Shown in pieces: positions 1 to 13,188 of a stretch of 64,000 nt of DNA (the first letter of the stretch is position 1; each line of letters opens with the position of its first letter). Origin of the DNA: Podarcis liolepis. Lineage: Eukaryota. The notes under the pieces were generated by a model that saw nothing but the letters and a program-made list of their open reading frames with translations, did not search any database and was not told where the DNA came from. The stretch is from the NCBI GenBank assembly GCA_965112155.1, contig OZ218103.1. One strand, written 5' to 3'. A program made the translations under genes and the position numbers.

Positions 1-2041
1 CCTAGATATAACTGTCTTGTTTATTCACTATGACCCTTAACATGTCAATGCTTCTGCCCACCCTAGTATGTGAGTAATCAGATAAGCAAATATGCTTTAA
101 TTTGCACACATTTCCACATACATGCACACATGCACAGAAAACAGTGCCCAAATGTGTCCCTTCTCTTCCACCACCTCAGATTCTGCATGCCCAAAATGAT
201 TAAATATATCAGGAACATGTTGTTGTTATTGTTGTTGTTGTTGTCAGTTCATCCACAATCTGGCACTTTCAGCACAGAAACCCCTGTTGACTGAAAATAA
301 GCATCTCTAAATAGTTTTTATAAGCCATTGGCTGAGAAAAAGCTAGAGTGGCAAGATCATGGTTTCAAAAAGAAATGAAGGAAAACTGAGGTTCTGTGCT
401 CTGAAACAAGGATTCCTGTTACATTCTTTAGGTTCTTTGGGGGGGGGGGAAGGTCCATCATTTACACGAAGACATCTGGAAACCCTAATTATTGCCCAGT
501 CAGAGTGATTCTATGTGTAAAGTTTTCCATAGAATACGAAGACTTCAGAGAAAGCTTGACAGGACCCACCAGAGTATTTAAGCATATTTTCTATTCGTTT
601 AAGTTCACAAGCAGCCCCAGAGGAGAGAACAGAACTACTCATGTGCTTAAATGTAAGTGCCTGATTAGCAGACTTACTCAATCACAGCCTAAATACAGTT
701 CCAGTTGATTTTATCACTTTGAAAGGAAGCAGCCTAATTCTTTCCAATCAATGGTTAAAACAAACATTAGTGTCTAGATTTCTAATGAACTCTATGCATT
801 CCCACCTGCAACCCCCCCCCCCCCAATCTTCTGACTTTCTAGCTGATCTGATGATTGAAATATTGTTTAGCATCAAAACAAAAACTTATTGGTAGTGGTA
901 GGAAGAGTGTGTTGTCTTCAGAGAGGATAAAATATTTTTTGCAGATTGTCGTGAGGGGGGAAAAAAGCAGCAGAAAATAATATTTTGCTCATGCCAAAAA
1001 TAGGAACATCCCCACACACCAGAAGCTGACACCTGTTGGAAGCTGAATTCCAATCTGAAGTCTGCTTCTGGGCTGAAAATTATGCATCAAGATAACTATA
1101 AATAGGATTTTTTTTCACAGCTGTCTACAACGGGGGAAAAAATCTGTTAAGAAGAGAAATTACAGATGTCTATTATCCATTATTTAAATGGATTCAAGCT
1201 GGAATTACAAATTTGCTATCTTCAAAAATATCAATTTGCATGTTGGAGCTGATGGACAAATAATATAATAATGAAAGGAAGGAAAGATGTTCTGGCGGCT
1301 TGTGGTCCAGTCATGGGAGCTGATGCATGTACATCACAGCCCAGAGATTGCATTGGTACTATTATCCTGACACTAGTCTAACATTATAACCAGGCCCATG
1401 ATGCTGGTGTAGTAGCAAAACATCATATCAACATCACTTTGGTGTTTGCCTCCCCACTTTGCTCAGAAAGAAAAGTGCCCAAGGGGGGGGGGGCACTTGA
1501 AGAGCAGCAGAGATAGGTTACAAGCACATAGGATATAGATACAGAATACTGCCATTCATATCATTCCCACATCCAACCCCTGCCCTATATGCTTCCTAGA
1601 AGCAACAGAAGACTGGTATCTCACCTTCAAACAGTTCTCCATAGCGTAGCCCTCTAGGTTAGGTGCTGATTTGATGGGAAAGTTCAACATACCATTGATC
1701 CCCTTCACAACACACCCAAACAGCATGGGATTGCACCACAAGGAAGTGACCCCCACGTGTGTGGGGGGGGGGGAGGGAGTTCCCAGAGAATGAATTCCAC
1801 CTTGTAGCCATACCCAAATAATCATTTTTCTTTTGCTAGTTGTACTGTGATAGCTGGTGCAGTACAAAATTGCCTTCATTGCTACAGATACTGTGTATTA
1901 ATGTGATCAGGAAGCCAGCCCATATTCATAATGATCCTTAGTATGAGGCTATAATCTCACAGGGCATTGCTTTGTATCTGTTTGATACGTTTGTTTACAA
2001 TCTGTTCTCAGAAAGCAATGTGAAAGGAGGACGAGGGCGGG

Positions 2042-2215
2042 TGTGTGCTTTAGTGGTTACAGTGGTTTGAGTTTGGAAATGCAGGTTCAAATCCTTACTC
2101 AGTCATGAAGCTCATTGGGTGACCTTAACCTAGGCCACAGGCATACCATGAGAATAAAAGAGATAGCTCTGTGTGTGCCACAATGCACTACCTGGAAGAC
2201 GAGTGGAATACAAAT
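2042..2215 (+). mobile_element. Old CORE/MIR-like SINE
   Basis: TAGTGGTTA...GGTTCAAATCC...CAGTCATGAAGCTCATTGGGTGACCTT. Related eroded copies at about 19420-19545(-), 22990-23150(-), 36075-36170(-), 42500-42610(-) and 59095-59260(+). Confidence 0.62.
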
Positions 2216-3171
2216 ATACAAGATTCACATAAAACTGGATAGGTCCCCTGAATAGGACAAATGGGTGTGCTGATACATTTTTAACTGTAATTCATTATAC
2301 TGTAGTTTATATTGTTGTGACCCACCTTGGATGATGAGAGGAGGGATACCAATCTCATAAACAAACAAGTAAGTAAACTCAGTTGTCTATTAAGACTGCA
2401 AAACTATGCAAACTTATTTGAGAGGAAGGTTCATTGAACTCAGAGGAAAGTACATCCCAGCAAATATGCAGAGGATTGAGATACCTTGTAAAATTGTCTG
2501 TGCTGAGCTTGCTAAATCATAGCATAAAAAAGATCATCTGCTGTGCATACTTTGCTGCTCGTTTGCATACTAATTAAAATAACTGTGCTAATGAGCTGCT
2601 AAATTGCTCAGATAAACAATCTTGCAAGCAGACCCTTCAAGACCTTAAAGCTAAGCTACGTCACTCATCAAGTTTAGCAAAGTTTCTTAATTACTTCTTA
2701 CTTAGCCCATTTGTCATTGGGCTGAGTGGCAGTTGCAGCTAAAATGAATTGCTGATAAACACATTTGAATAGTGTTCCAATCTAACATGCTGGCTTTTAA
2801 GCACAAGTTTAGGAATATGATCTGAACCGATGCCCCTTATTTTCTTGGTTTTATTATAGGGCTGTGCACAGTGCTCACTTGAAAAAAAGAAAGAACCCTT
2901 TGGGGTGAAATGGGGCTTTGGGAACCAAAATCTCATTCACCTTTTTGGTATTCCCAAACTGTCTATTCTGCTGTTTCAGTGTTCCCCACTCTAGCTGCCT
3001 CCCTTTCCCAACTGATCAAAGCCAACCAGCAATCATAGAAATAGAATGGCTTCACAATACAACATAGCCAATAATTGCTGGTAATGTGTCAGATCAAGAA
3101 GACCATACAGAGTGAGGGCAATGTTTCAAGGCTACACTCGGAACAGGTAAATGCTCAGTAAAAAGGGGAAA

Positions 3172-3290
3172 TAAGTTCAGTCAGTAGAGCATGAGCCTCT
3201 TAACCTCAAGCCTCATGTTGGGGAAAAGATTCCTGCATTGCAGGGGTGTGGACTCCAGTTCTACAATTTTATGAGTCCATGTTTCTATGA
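3172..3290 (+). mobile_element. tRNA(Lys)-like-head SINE with CR1-derived tail, internally deleted
   Basis: TCAGTCAGTAGAGCATGAGCCTCTTAACCTCA resembles tRNA-Lys(CTT); followed by ATTCCTGCATTGCAGGGG...TTCTATGA, which matches the CR1 3' end. Confidence 0.7.
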
Positions 3291-6034
3291 AATGCACCAC
3301 TTGCTTCCCCCCACCTCTTATTTTAGATGAAATACTGGGGATTTCCTAGACAAATTTCAACAAGGAAGCTGTCCAGCGTATGTCTATGGCCTTGCACAGT
3401 TTCCATTCATTTCAACAGGAGAATTTGTAGCAGGAGAATTTTCCAGTGAATTGTTCCCTAGATGTGTGGGGTTTTTTTTGGGGGGGGGGATTTTCCAAAT
3501 TGGCAGGAATGCAAATTTGGCCTTGGGTGAACAAACATCACAAAATTAATGCACTAGGGAGAATGATTTCCTTTGAAGAAAGAAAATGAAATCACGGTGA
3601 AAGAAGGCTTCACTCTGTAATAATATTTGCCACTTAGGAAAAGAAGAAAATCTCTCAATTAATAAGATTCAACTCTAGAAGGCATTTTCCCCTGAAAGTG
3701 TTCTCACTGCTAGCAAGACAAATCCCAAAGCTTAACTCAATGAGTCAGTACAAAAGTAGTTTATTTTACTTCAGCTTTGCCTACTGGGTCTGTATCTCAC
3801 ACTACTTAACGTTTGTCCTAAAATTACAGGGGATGACTACATTTGGCAAGCTCTGTCTTTGAATTTATTGTTTCCAATGCTGTTTCTGAGAAGCTGACTA
3901 TCAAAGTATTTCTCAATCAGACCTTCAGAATTACAAGAGCACAGGAGGAGGCATTATGGTGTACAAAAATGTGTATATTAGGAGAACTGTCCACAAATAT
4001 GTGTATTTTTTGGTGGAATTAACACACACACGCACCTCAGTTGTGGTTCATATTACAAATGCAGCAAGCTGGCCATGCTCAGGTGTATTTTGCATTATGT
4101 GTTCTTCTCCAGCTTAAAATGTATCCTGCACAAGCAGAATCAAGCTCTTTATTTTCAGTGAACCACTCATTGATGGCTTTGAACTGCCTGTCCATCCTTT
4201 GGGTCGATTCTATTTATTGTTCTTCACCAGGATTTCATGTGGTAGTTTTTCCTATTTACTCTTGTTCCTGGGCATGTTTCTTTTGGGGGCAGGAGATGCC
4301 TAAATTTCATGAACCCCTCCTTTATAGCTGCTAGTAGGAACAAGCCATTCTTAGGGGGCAGCAGAATAAGGTGTATGCGCAAAAGACCACCAATATAGTA
4401 AGTTAGAAAATAATGAGGCTCTGATTCAGCTTGGGGCACTTAATAAAGCAGTTCAACTGGGTGAGGGATAAAAACCAAAGCAGGTTCTGAACTGAACTGA
4501 GGAGGTCTACTTATCAGTGGAGTACATCAGATGTTTCTACTGCTTCCAGTTTTCCACTCTGCATGCATTTTACTTGCTTTGGTTGTCCCTTTAACATTTT
4601 CTTTGAATTAATTCCCTGGCCTGCTGGCATGCAATCTATGCACTTGCAATGCATATGGTAGGGCAATCATGTGCAGCTAGCTGGGTGCATGTTCAGTGCT
4701 TACTGTACATGTTCAGTGCTCAATAACTCACTGTGAATCATCCTTAACTTTGATAATTGTAGAATATTAACATATTCTTCAGCAGTGAATTTGTAGATGC
4801 AAAATACTATATACAATACTTGTTCAACATCAGTATCCTACTGACTGGATTAACTATGTAGATTAGATATAAAACAACCTAAATCTCTGAATGCTATAAG
4901 GGAAAATGAGAAATTGTGCTGTATTCGGAGTTGATATTTTGATCATGAAACTCTTCTAAATTGCCAGTTTAAGATCCTTAACAAATATTACCTTTTGAGA
5001 GATTACAGAAACATCTGGAGCATCAGGAAGGACTAGCAAATGGATTACCAAATAAACAAAGCTCAAGTAGCAAAACAACAATAACATCTCCTGAGCTTTC
5101 TTCAGCTAAGAAATTTATGCAAACTGAGAAGAATGAAGTCCTTTAAGGAGACAACTTAAATATTCAATGCAAACAGAAACTAGAGTGGAATTCAGTCAGA
5201 GTTGAACGCAAGTCCTAGTGATTTCAGTAATGGAGTTCAGCATGCTGTTTCCCTCTGAAATCAATAGATGCAAAAGTCCAGGAACGATCACTAGCTTATT
5301 TGCTTTCCTCTTTGACTCATTAGAATGAGAACTTCCGAGGCCTCTTTCAATGCTAGCACTTAGTTCTGGAGTAGTAGTAGTAATGGAAGTAGTAATGGAG
5401 GTAGTAAAAAGAAGAGGGGCTGCAACAATTGGCAGACTTCCATGATTTCCAGATTGAGCCTGGACAATTGTGAGAATCCTTCACCAATTACCAATTAATA
5501 TGGTAAACTAAGTTGAGACAGACAATTTGAAGGCAAACCAGTGGTTAACGACAGTTTCACAATTTTTAAGGCTCTGGGCAAAACTTCACAAGCGTGTGTT
5601 AAGTGTGCTTGTGGAAAGAAGATCTTCTTGAAACAGAGGAGCATTGAAATAACTTCTGCCTAATCCCTTCTGGGAGAAAGCATTGTCACACCTTCTTGCT
5701 GGACAGAGGCGAGTGAAACAGCAAAGATCCTTGTTACCTGGATCTCCTGCCATTGCTTTTCTTATTTCTTTCTGTGGAGAGAAATGTGTGAAGTTTTATG
5801 GTCAGGATGTGTATGAATTTGTCAGTATCACTTCCTTTCCCTTCCTAGGACAAGATGCTGTAATAGGGATAACATTTGGTACATTGAGTGAGATACTAAA
5901 GAGGTGGGTGATACTAATGTTTATAATAATTTTTACTCCTATTATTGTTAGAGAATTGAGGAAAATAAGAGGGATTTTATTGCCTGAACTATTAGAAAAT
6001 TGGAAAAAGTGTTTTGTATACCATCTTGTTATGT

Positions 6035-6525
6035 CAGGGGTCGGCAAACTAAGGTCTGCGGGTCGGATCAGGCTCCATAGCCTTCAGGATCCGGCCTGCA
6101 GACTGTCCATGGATCCGCATGTGGATTCTGTTCGTTCGGGCTGTGCCATTTCCGCCCCTGTGCCATTCAATTCCCTTCCTCCCTCCCTCCTCCTGGCTTC
6201 TCCCCACTCTGCCTAGAGGAGGAAGGGGGCAGGGCTGAGCTGGCTGAGCGCCATTTTAAGCAGCCCTTCTCTGGAGCCAGCTTTTTTGCGCTGCTCATCT
6301 TCCCTCTGCCACCGCCGCCCTGGTGCTCCTGTGGGCCAAAGAGTGGAACTGGCAAACTTGCTCTGCCTACCCACGAGAAGCAGCAGCGGTGGTGGCAGAG
6401 GCGGTGGCGGTTGGCAGCGGCAACCCCTGGGAAGGTAAGCGCAGCGGCTGGGGCTGGGGGGTGGGGAGGACTACTTGCCCCCCTCGCCTCGTCTTCCAGC
6501 TCTCCCCCCCCCCCCGGTGCCACTT
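6035..6525 (+). mobile_element. Truncated hAT (Charlie-like) element with GC-rich promoter/exon-like interior
   Basis: Starts with the hAT-type terminus CAGGGGTCGGCAAACT (6035-6050). Interior has YY1-type CGCCATTTT (6249-6257), a decayed (GCG)n run and a donor GAAG|GTAAGC at 6434/6435. No right TIR seen. Confidence 0.7.
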
Positions 6526-7604
6526 CCAAAACAGACTGGGCTACTTACAGATACTACTGATATGTAGCAAATCTTGTGGTGCCCTAAGAAGTACATATGG
6601 CTAAAGAAATAACACATTCAGAGAGAAAGATATGTGGATGAGGCCAAGAGAGAAAATGGGAGGAAATTGTGCTAATGTGAAAAGAGTTATTGACACAATT
6701 CACATGAATGCTACTGAAACAAGAACCAGTTTAAGCCTCAAGTGTGAAAATGGCCTTTTAAAGATTTTTCTCTGCCATTTGATTTTTTTATGCCTGTTGC
6801 CCTTATGAATAATGCCTTATTAATATTGTTTTATTGATTTGCTGTTAGTGTTTGTACATTGTAACATGTTGTTTTGTTTTAATGGAAGCTACTCTTGAGT
6901 GCTTTTGAGGGTAGAAGAAGGGCAGAGTTTAAGGTTTGAAATAAATAAATAATGAGCTTTAGACACTTTTTTATTAAAAAGAATACCACCTGAAAGGTGA
7001 ACTTCAAAGAGTTTAAACTACTTGAATGTCAGATTTAACAGGTTGCCAACAACTGGCTTTCAATATACTAAGGGCTGGTGATGTTTCAATATATTCTGTA
7101 GGATAAAACATCTTGGATATCTATAAAACTCATTCTGAACAAGATGACAGAAGTAAAATCTGATGGGGCAGTGCTGCAATGAGAAGATTATGGTGAATTT
7201 CTAGCCAATGGTGGGGAAGTGGTGTCTTCCTGACAGGCATGGGGAAGGTCGAAGTAGTTTGTGGAAAAGGCCTTGCATGGGCCACAGATTACTCACCACT
7301 GGTCTGCACTTTTGTTCTCACATATCTAGGCTGAATGCCTAAAGAGGGCCAGCATCTCAAGGCCATGATGGAACACAACAGGATGCATTATCAAATTAGT
7401 GATCAGATAGAACATGGGCCAGAGCAGGAGGCAGGGCTGTTCTGTGTATGAAGGAAGCCCTGTTAGGCCAACAAAGAAAGAGGAGAACAGAAAGCACAAG
7501 GAATGGTTCAGGAAGGATGCTGAAAGGTATTGAGGAGGTTCCTGGGAAGGCAGAGCTGCCTCAGCTCAAGAGAGAAGCTGAGGCTCTCAGACAATCCCAT
7601 AGCC

Positions 7605-7735
7605 CAGGGATGGGGTAGCTATGGACCTTCGGACGTTGTTGGACTATATCTTCCATCAGCCCCAGCCAGCATTGTCAATGGCCAGGGATGATGGTAGTTT
7701 GCAACATCTGGACGGCCACAGGTTGCCCAGCCTTG
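7605..7735. mobile_element. Fold-back hAT MITE (older copy)
   Basis: CAGGGATGGGG...GTTGGACTA...CCATCAGCCCCAGCCAGC...GGGATGATGG...GGTTGCCCAGCCTTG. Related copies at about 14630-14762, 21705-21785, 41060-41172 and 44900-45005. Confidence 0.7.
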
Positions 7736-8049
7736 GCACAGCAAGATGGAGAAAAGGAGTGTGTGGTTTTCTTCTGCTCTAACCTCAGCAAATGGTCTTG
7801 GTCCACAGTAAAGGATACCTCAAACCCTACTTGTTAAATAACTGGTTTGTAGAGGTCCAATAGAGTTCATATAGTGATAGGCAGATTGGTTCCTAGACAC
7901 ACAAAATAAGTAGTATAATCCCCAGAGACCTAACAGGGATTCAAGTAATCCTCTCCTATCCCAGATCTACCCTTGTCATTAGAGCCCTAAGTAACCTCTG
8001 TGGCACTACCAATTTTTGTTGGTCTGCCAGCTATGCCAACTCCTGGCCA

Positions 8050-8670
8050 GTGATACCCTATGCACTGGTAACTTTATACTTAGATTGCTGCAATGTGTTC
8101 TATGTGGGACTGCCATTGTGCTTTGCTCAGATGCAGCGACTAATGCAGAATGCTATAGCTAGAGTAGCGAATGATACATCTCATGTGCACATTATACCAA
8201 CAATTAAGGACCTGCACCGGCTGCCTATCTGCTACTGAGCCAAGTTCATATAAACAACTTGGGATTAGAATCCCTAGCAGACTGCTTTCCCTGCTACAAG
8301 TTAAATCAGCTTTTTCAATCTGCAGGGCAAGCCCTACCAACCATACTGAGAGACAGTAAATTGTCATCTGGAAATCTCAAGGAAACAGACCTTCTTAGCT
8401 GTATCACCAGCCCTCTGCAATGCCCTCTCAAATGAGAGTCAGGCAGCCTCATCAATTGGATGTTTTAAATGCTTGTTAAAAGCCCATCTGTTTGTTCAAG
8501 CCTATTCTGATTTTTAGAAGGGTTATCCTGTTCAGTTGTTGATTCTGTTTTTTTAAAAAAACAATTGGGTTTTATAATGTACCGTATTTCTTGTATTTGG
8601 ATTTTTGTACGTATTATTGTGATATGCTGCAAACCACTGAGTGATCCTGGGTTGTATTCAGCGTAACAGT
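8050..8670 (+). mobile_element. L2-clade LINE 3' fragment
   Basis: Peptide LVTLYLDCCNVFYVGLP...MQNAIARV...HIIPTIKDLHRLP resembles the L2 ORF2 C-terminal motif LDYCN...QNAAARL...HITP..LHWLP. Confidence 0.82.
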
Positions 8671-8917
8671 AAGCAAACCATTCCTTCAACACAAGGATTT
8701 CTTCTTGTGCAATGGAATTTTCTCCCTGCTCCTCCTCTAAATGTGTCCCAGGGATTCCCTCAACCTTGCAGAGCTGATTTGAGGGTGGCCTGGGGTGCAT
8801 GCAGGAGGAGGAGTTGCACTAATGCTAATCCTTGGACCAGCACAACTATTTAGCTGAATAACTCCCTTAGTTTTAAAATAATGTTAGGCCATACATAAAT
8901 TCCCTAAGTAATAAATA

Positions 8918-9184
8918 CCGTGCACCTGCAACTTACACGAATTCAACCTTACACAGCCCATTCATAGGTTTTTGTGTTACAGAGTAAGCTTCTTAAGTCC
9001 TCCACCTCACTTACCATGCTCTGGGAAGATCATGGGAGGGCCCTGGGACACTCCCAAAGCCCTCGTGCCTTCTTCCCAGAGACAGGAACGGAAGGTGCCA
9101 CCTCTCCCAGCATCTGGTATGCAGCTCTTCACCTTGCATGTGGACCCCCAGAACCGAACCCTCATGTAAGTGGTGGGCACACTG
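8918..9184. mobile_element. Old Tc1/mariner-superfamily MITE
   Basis: TA-flanked. Left CCGTGCACCTGCAACTTACACG versus right reverse complement CAGTGTGCCCACCACTTACATG; differences are mostly compatible with CpG decay of one ancestral TIR. Confidence 0.6.
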
Positions 9185-9187
9185 TAA

Positions 9188-9564
9188 ATCATAGACTCAT
9201 AGAATTGCAGAGTTGGAAGGGATCCCAAGGCTCATTTAGTCCAACCCCCTGCAATGCAGAAATCTCAACTAAATCAGGCATGGCAGATGGCAGTCTAACC
9301 TCTGTGTAAAAAACCTCCAAGGAAGGAGAGTCCACCACCTCTCAAAGGAGTCCATTCTACTGTCGAAGAGCTCCTATTGTCAGAAAATTCTTCCCAATGT
9401 TTCATCGGAATCTCCTTTCTTGTAACTTGAAGCCATTGGACCAGGACCTAGCCTCTGGAGCAGCAGAAAACAAGCTTGCTTCAGTTTCCATGTGACAGCC
9501 CTTTAGATATTTGAAGATGGCTATTATATCTCCTCTCAGTCTCCTCTTTACCAGGCTAAACATA
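9188..9564 (-). mobile_element. CR1 LINE 3' end
   Basis: Minus-strand peptide MFSLVKRRLRGDIIAIFKYLKGCH...SNGFKLQERRFR is typical of the CR1 ORF2 C-terminus; degenerate ATTCTATG-type tail at about 9188-9206. Confidence 0.9.
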
Positions 9565-9656
9565 AGTAAATCCTGACTCTCCTGAATCATCTGGCAACAG
9601 ATTAATTTCCTTCCCATAGGAGTCTGTTCCAAAGTTCCAAAACAAGCTAACTAACC

Positions 9657-9792
9657 CAGTGATGGCCAAACTTGGCCCTCCAGCTGTTTTGGGACTACAG
9701 TTCTCATCATCCCTGACCACTGGTCCTGTTAGCTAGGGATGATGGGAGTTGTAGTCCCAGAACAGCTGGAGGGCCAAGTTTGGTTATCACTG
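9657..9792. mobile_element. Fold-back hAT MITE
   Basis: Near-perfect long TIRs CAGTGATGGCCAAACTTGGCCCTCCAGCTGTT with a GGACTACA...TGTAGTCC core; ACTAAC on both flanks is a possible eroded TSD. Confidence 0.85.
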
Positions 9793-11087
9793 ATACTAAC
9801 CCATGCTTGGACCAAATATTCTGCAATATCTGACTGCAAGGCTGTGAAACAGTTGTCTGGGGAATTTGAGTGAACAGGGGGGGGGGACAGGAGGAACATA
9901 TCTTTTAAAAGCAGCCAAGTGCCATAAGTAAAGCTCTGCCTCCTGCTTTTCCTTGCCTGTGTTATGATCAGTGGGTACTTGGGTTATTTCTTTGTAAAGT
10001 TATTCACTCAGGAGGGCCCAAGCACTGGCTTCTCACACTGATAACAAACTCTAGCGAAGACCACAGCTGAATGTCGGCCCTTTCATGAAAGGTCATACAG
10101 TATCTATTGAGAGATGCTAACAAGATGTTGCCCAAACAAATCAAAAGCACAGCTTACAGGAGGAAAGGGAGATCACAGAGGAAGGGCATGCATTGTATGC
10201 AATCTCTGTGGCAGCTTTACCCCAGCTCCCAAGGGCCTTTCCAACATACAAATGAGCCCTTCAGAATATTTAAGTACAACTGGATCTTCATGCCTAAGAT
10301 TCACATTTCAAAAAACAGTGCCACGACTGACAGAATTAATGGTCTCCATCCAAAATAACACTTGCATGACTAGCATCCTTGCCTCTAAAGCTTAAGGGAG
10401 GGGCCGTAGGACCTAGGCTGCCAGCATCACCACCACTCTGTATCAATCACAGGTCTTGCAAATGATCCCTGTGCTCCAAGGGAAACACCTAAGTTGTAGT
10501 AACAGCCCCGTCTGACTACTTCATCAGTTGATCTTCAAGACCCAGGCTCTGACCACCAGGTCCCATAAAGTCCTGGATCTTGGTCATCAGAGAGCACTTT
10601 GCCAGCCTAGACTTCTGTATCTTTCTCCTGAACTGCTACTCATTTCACAACTCAACACTATGCCCGGACAGCACAACCTGCCTCAAGGCCCCTGAATCTT
10701 CAGTTGCAACTTGACGCTTCTTGTCTGCCTCTGGGTAAGGGGATTCAATTCATTTCTCATTTAAAAGGGCAGAGCACCAAATGGGAAGAAGAATAAGGTA
10801 GACATAACCTGGATGTGAAGTTCCATATGTTTATTAGCCCCACATAACACCTCAAAAATAAACCAAAGACTTTTGTACAGCAGATATTAATATCTAATAA
10901 TGAAATCAATGAAAGTTAATTGTGTTTGCCCCTGTCATTGTTTATGAGAGTCATAACAATATGTTATGGTTGCCCCACCACTAACAAAATAAGGCTGTTT
11001 TGCAATGCTCAGGGGAATAGGCTACCAACAGAGTGTTGTTATTGGAAGATGTCCAATAACCAGCCTGGACTTAGGCTATTCACCTCA

Positions 11088-11765
11088 TCATCTTCATCAT
11101 CATAATTTTATTCGTATGCTGCCTTTCCATAGTTGAAACTATGCTCAAGGCGGCTTACAACCTGACAAGATTTGCATAATTACAAACATAACAAAAGTCA
11201 TAAACAATAAATTAAACACATCAAAATGTACGCAACCAAATGGAAACCATTTCCACACAAATCGTAAGATCTAAAACTAAAGATACAATAGTAATATCAA
11301 TAACAGCAACAGCTCTCTCAACCCCCCGTAAACAATACTCCAGCCCAAGAATCTGTTCAACAGCTTCAGCTTTTGTAGCTGGAGTCAGTCAGCACTCCAC
11401 TCTCCCAGGCCAGCTGGGAAAGGGCCAGCAAGGCAGGGTGCAGGTCTTCCTGGGCTCACAGCCAATATGCTCTCATTTAAAACAACACAGATAAAAATTA
11501 AAACAATTTAAAAGCAGCTGCAGTCCTTGTAAAGCCTGTCAAGCCCCACCCCAAGCCAGGTGGAAAGAGGCAAGGGGGGGGGTCCATCAGGCCCTCAGCA
11601 GGCAGTCCTCCTGGGCAGCAACAGCAGCAGCAGTCCTTAAGAACTGGTCAGGCCCCTCAAACTGCACTTAGAAACTAACTAGGAGCTGATGAAGTTTCTA
11701 GGGCACAGATGAAGACTGTTCATTGCCTAACTAGTTCCAGTCCAAAACCTGGACTCAGAATTTTG
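11088..11765 (-). mobile_element. Degraded L2-type LINE 3' region
   Basis: (TCA)n/TTTATT tail followed by TATGCTGCCTTTCC...CTCAAGGCGGCTTACA, the reverse of a typical squamate L2 terminus; eroded L2-like sequence at about 11640-11765. Confidence 0.5.
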
Positions 11766-12242
11766 CTCTGCTTGTATGCTGCCTCTGTGCCTACTTCATT
11801 ATTAAGATGATGGAACTTTAATGAATAAATAAATTATACAAATTATTGACTCTTGATCCATCCCTGCCTTGGGCCCATCCTATGTTATTAATATGCAAGA
11901 AAATAGATTTTATAATGAAAGGCTTAAATGAGAACGGGCCCTGTTCTTCATTGTATAGGTGGCCCACTTGAGGTGATGGTTCCCATTAGCCTTAGGAATC
12001 TGGAAGCTATTCCTCAGCTAGGATGTATTGGCTTCTGACAAGGGCAGTTCCACCCAGTAAGCAGTCCACATCAGCTGATTGTGTGACTATGATTGCTGAG
12101 ACACAGTCTTGGACAGTGAGGCCAATGGAGCATTGCCTGGTCCAGAAGAACCGTCATTCTATCCCATTCAGAACCTTGGGGTTATTTCTAAACAATAGTA
12201 TACTGAAAGCCGTATTAGGATGAATGTCTTTGTTCAGTGATC

Positions 12243-12300
<58 letters not shown>
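12243..12300. repeat. (AAT)n microsatellite, the tail of an adjacent minus-strand L2-type terminus (to about 12350)
   Basis: Perfect AAT run followed by TTTATACCCCGCCCTCCCC...CTCAGAGCAGCTAACA. Confidence 0.95.
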
Positions 12301-13057
12301 TTTATACCCCGCCCTCCCCAGCCAAGACCAGGCTCAGAGCAGCTAACATCAATTATATAACACATCAAGATAAAATCAAGCAATCAATTAAAATACATTC
12401 TAGAATCAAATCAGAATCAGAGTACAATATTTAAAGACGAACCATGATTAATCGACTCCTTCAGACTTTCAAGCCTTATTGTGTAAGCAAGGTAGTGCAT
12501 ATCCAACCTCAAGCCTTTAAGGGAAGTGAGCAGCAATGATCCTGATAAATTGTATTCTGTCCACATCACTAGGGTGCCAATAACGTTTCAAAATGCTTGG
12601 AGGATCAAGAGAAGTACTTTCATGACTCTCTATAGAAAAAAACCTCATTGTGATTCTCTGGAGACATTCACTCTCTAATGGAGTGAGCTTGCAGGGAATT
12701 GATTTAATTTATGCATTTAACTCTTGATCTCCTCTACTTCAGACTTTTTCGGTGCTAACTGAAACCCATTGATGCCATTAAGAAATAAGACTAAGAAGCA
12801 GTGAGTCTAAGAACATGTTTGCTGTAATTCTAAAGGCCTTGCTTGGAAGTAAATAAAACTGAAATTAATAGGACCTGATTCAGAGTAAACATGGTTAGGA
12901 TCAGGCTGTTAGCTGGAAAATAATCACCAATGAATTGCAAAAAACCAACATGTTTTTATGTTCTAAACAAGTTTCTAAGAGTGGTCACTTCATCCCCACA
13001 TATGACCCATCTCTTGTGGTTCTGTGTATATATTATCTCAATAGAGAAAGCTACAGA

Positions 13058-13074
13058 ATCATCATCATCATCAC

Positions 13075-13106
<32 letters not shown>

Positions 13107-13188
13107 GAATTTCTATCCCACACCTCAGCTATGTCATTATCCTATGAAGCAAACAAACAAACAAACAAACAAACAAACAAACAAACAA
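13058..13188. repeat. Compound (ATC)n(ATT)n and (AAAC)n microsatellites
   Basis: Directly visible. Confidence 0.95.

Noticed and set aside
439-449. Frequent poly-G/poly-C runs across the window as G-quadruplex signals
   Set aside because: Isolated single homopolymers scattered throughout, without a four-tract arrangement.
3172-3215. tRNA gene (also 25445-25510 and 47690-47758)
   Set aside because: Incomplete cloverleaves joined to LINE-derived tails; these are SINE heads.
5683-6216. 177-aa ORF
   Set aside because: Non-ATG start; reads across the junction into the hAT element; no known motif.
8029-8040. CAGCTATGCCAAC similarity to miR-31
   Set aside because: Short match only, with no seed region and no precursor hairpin.
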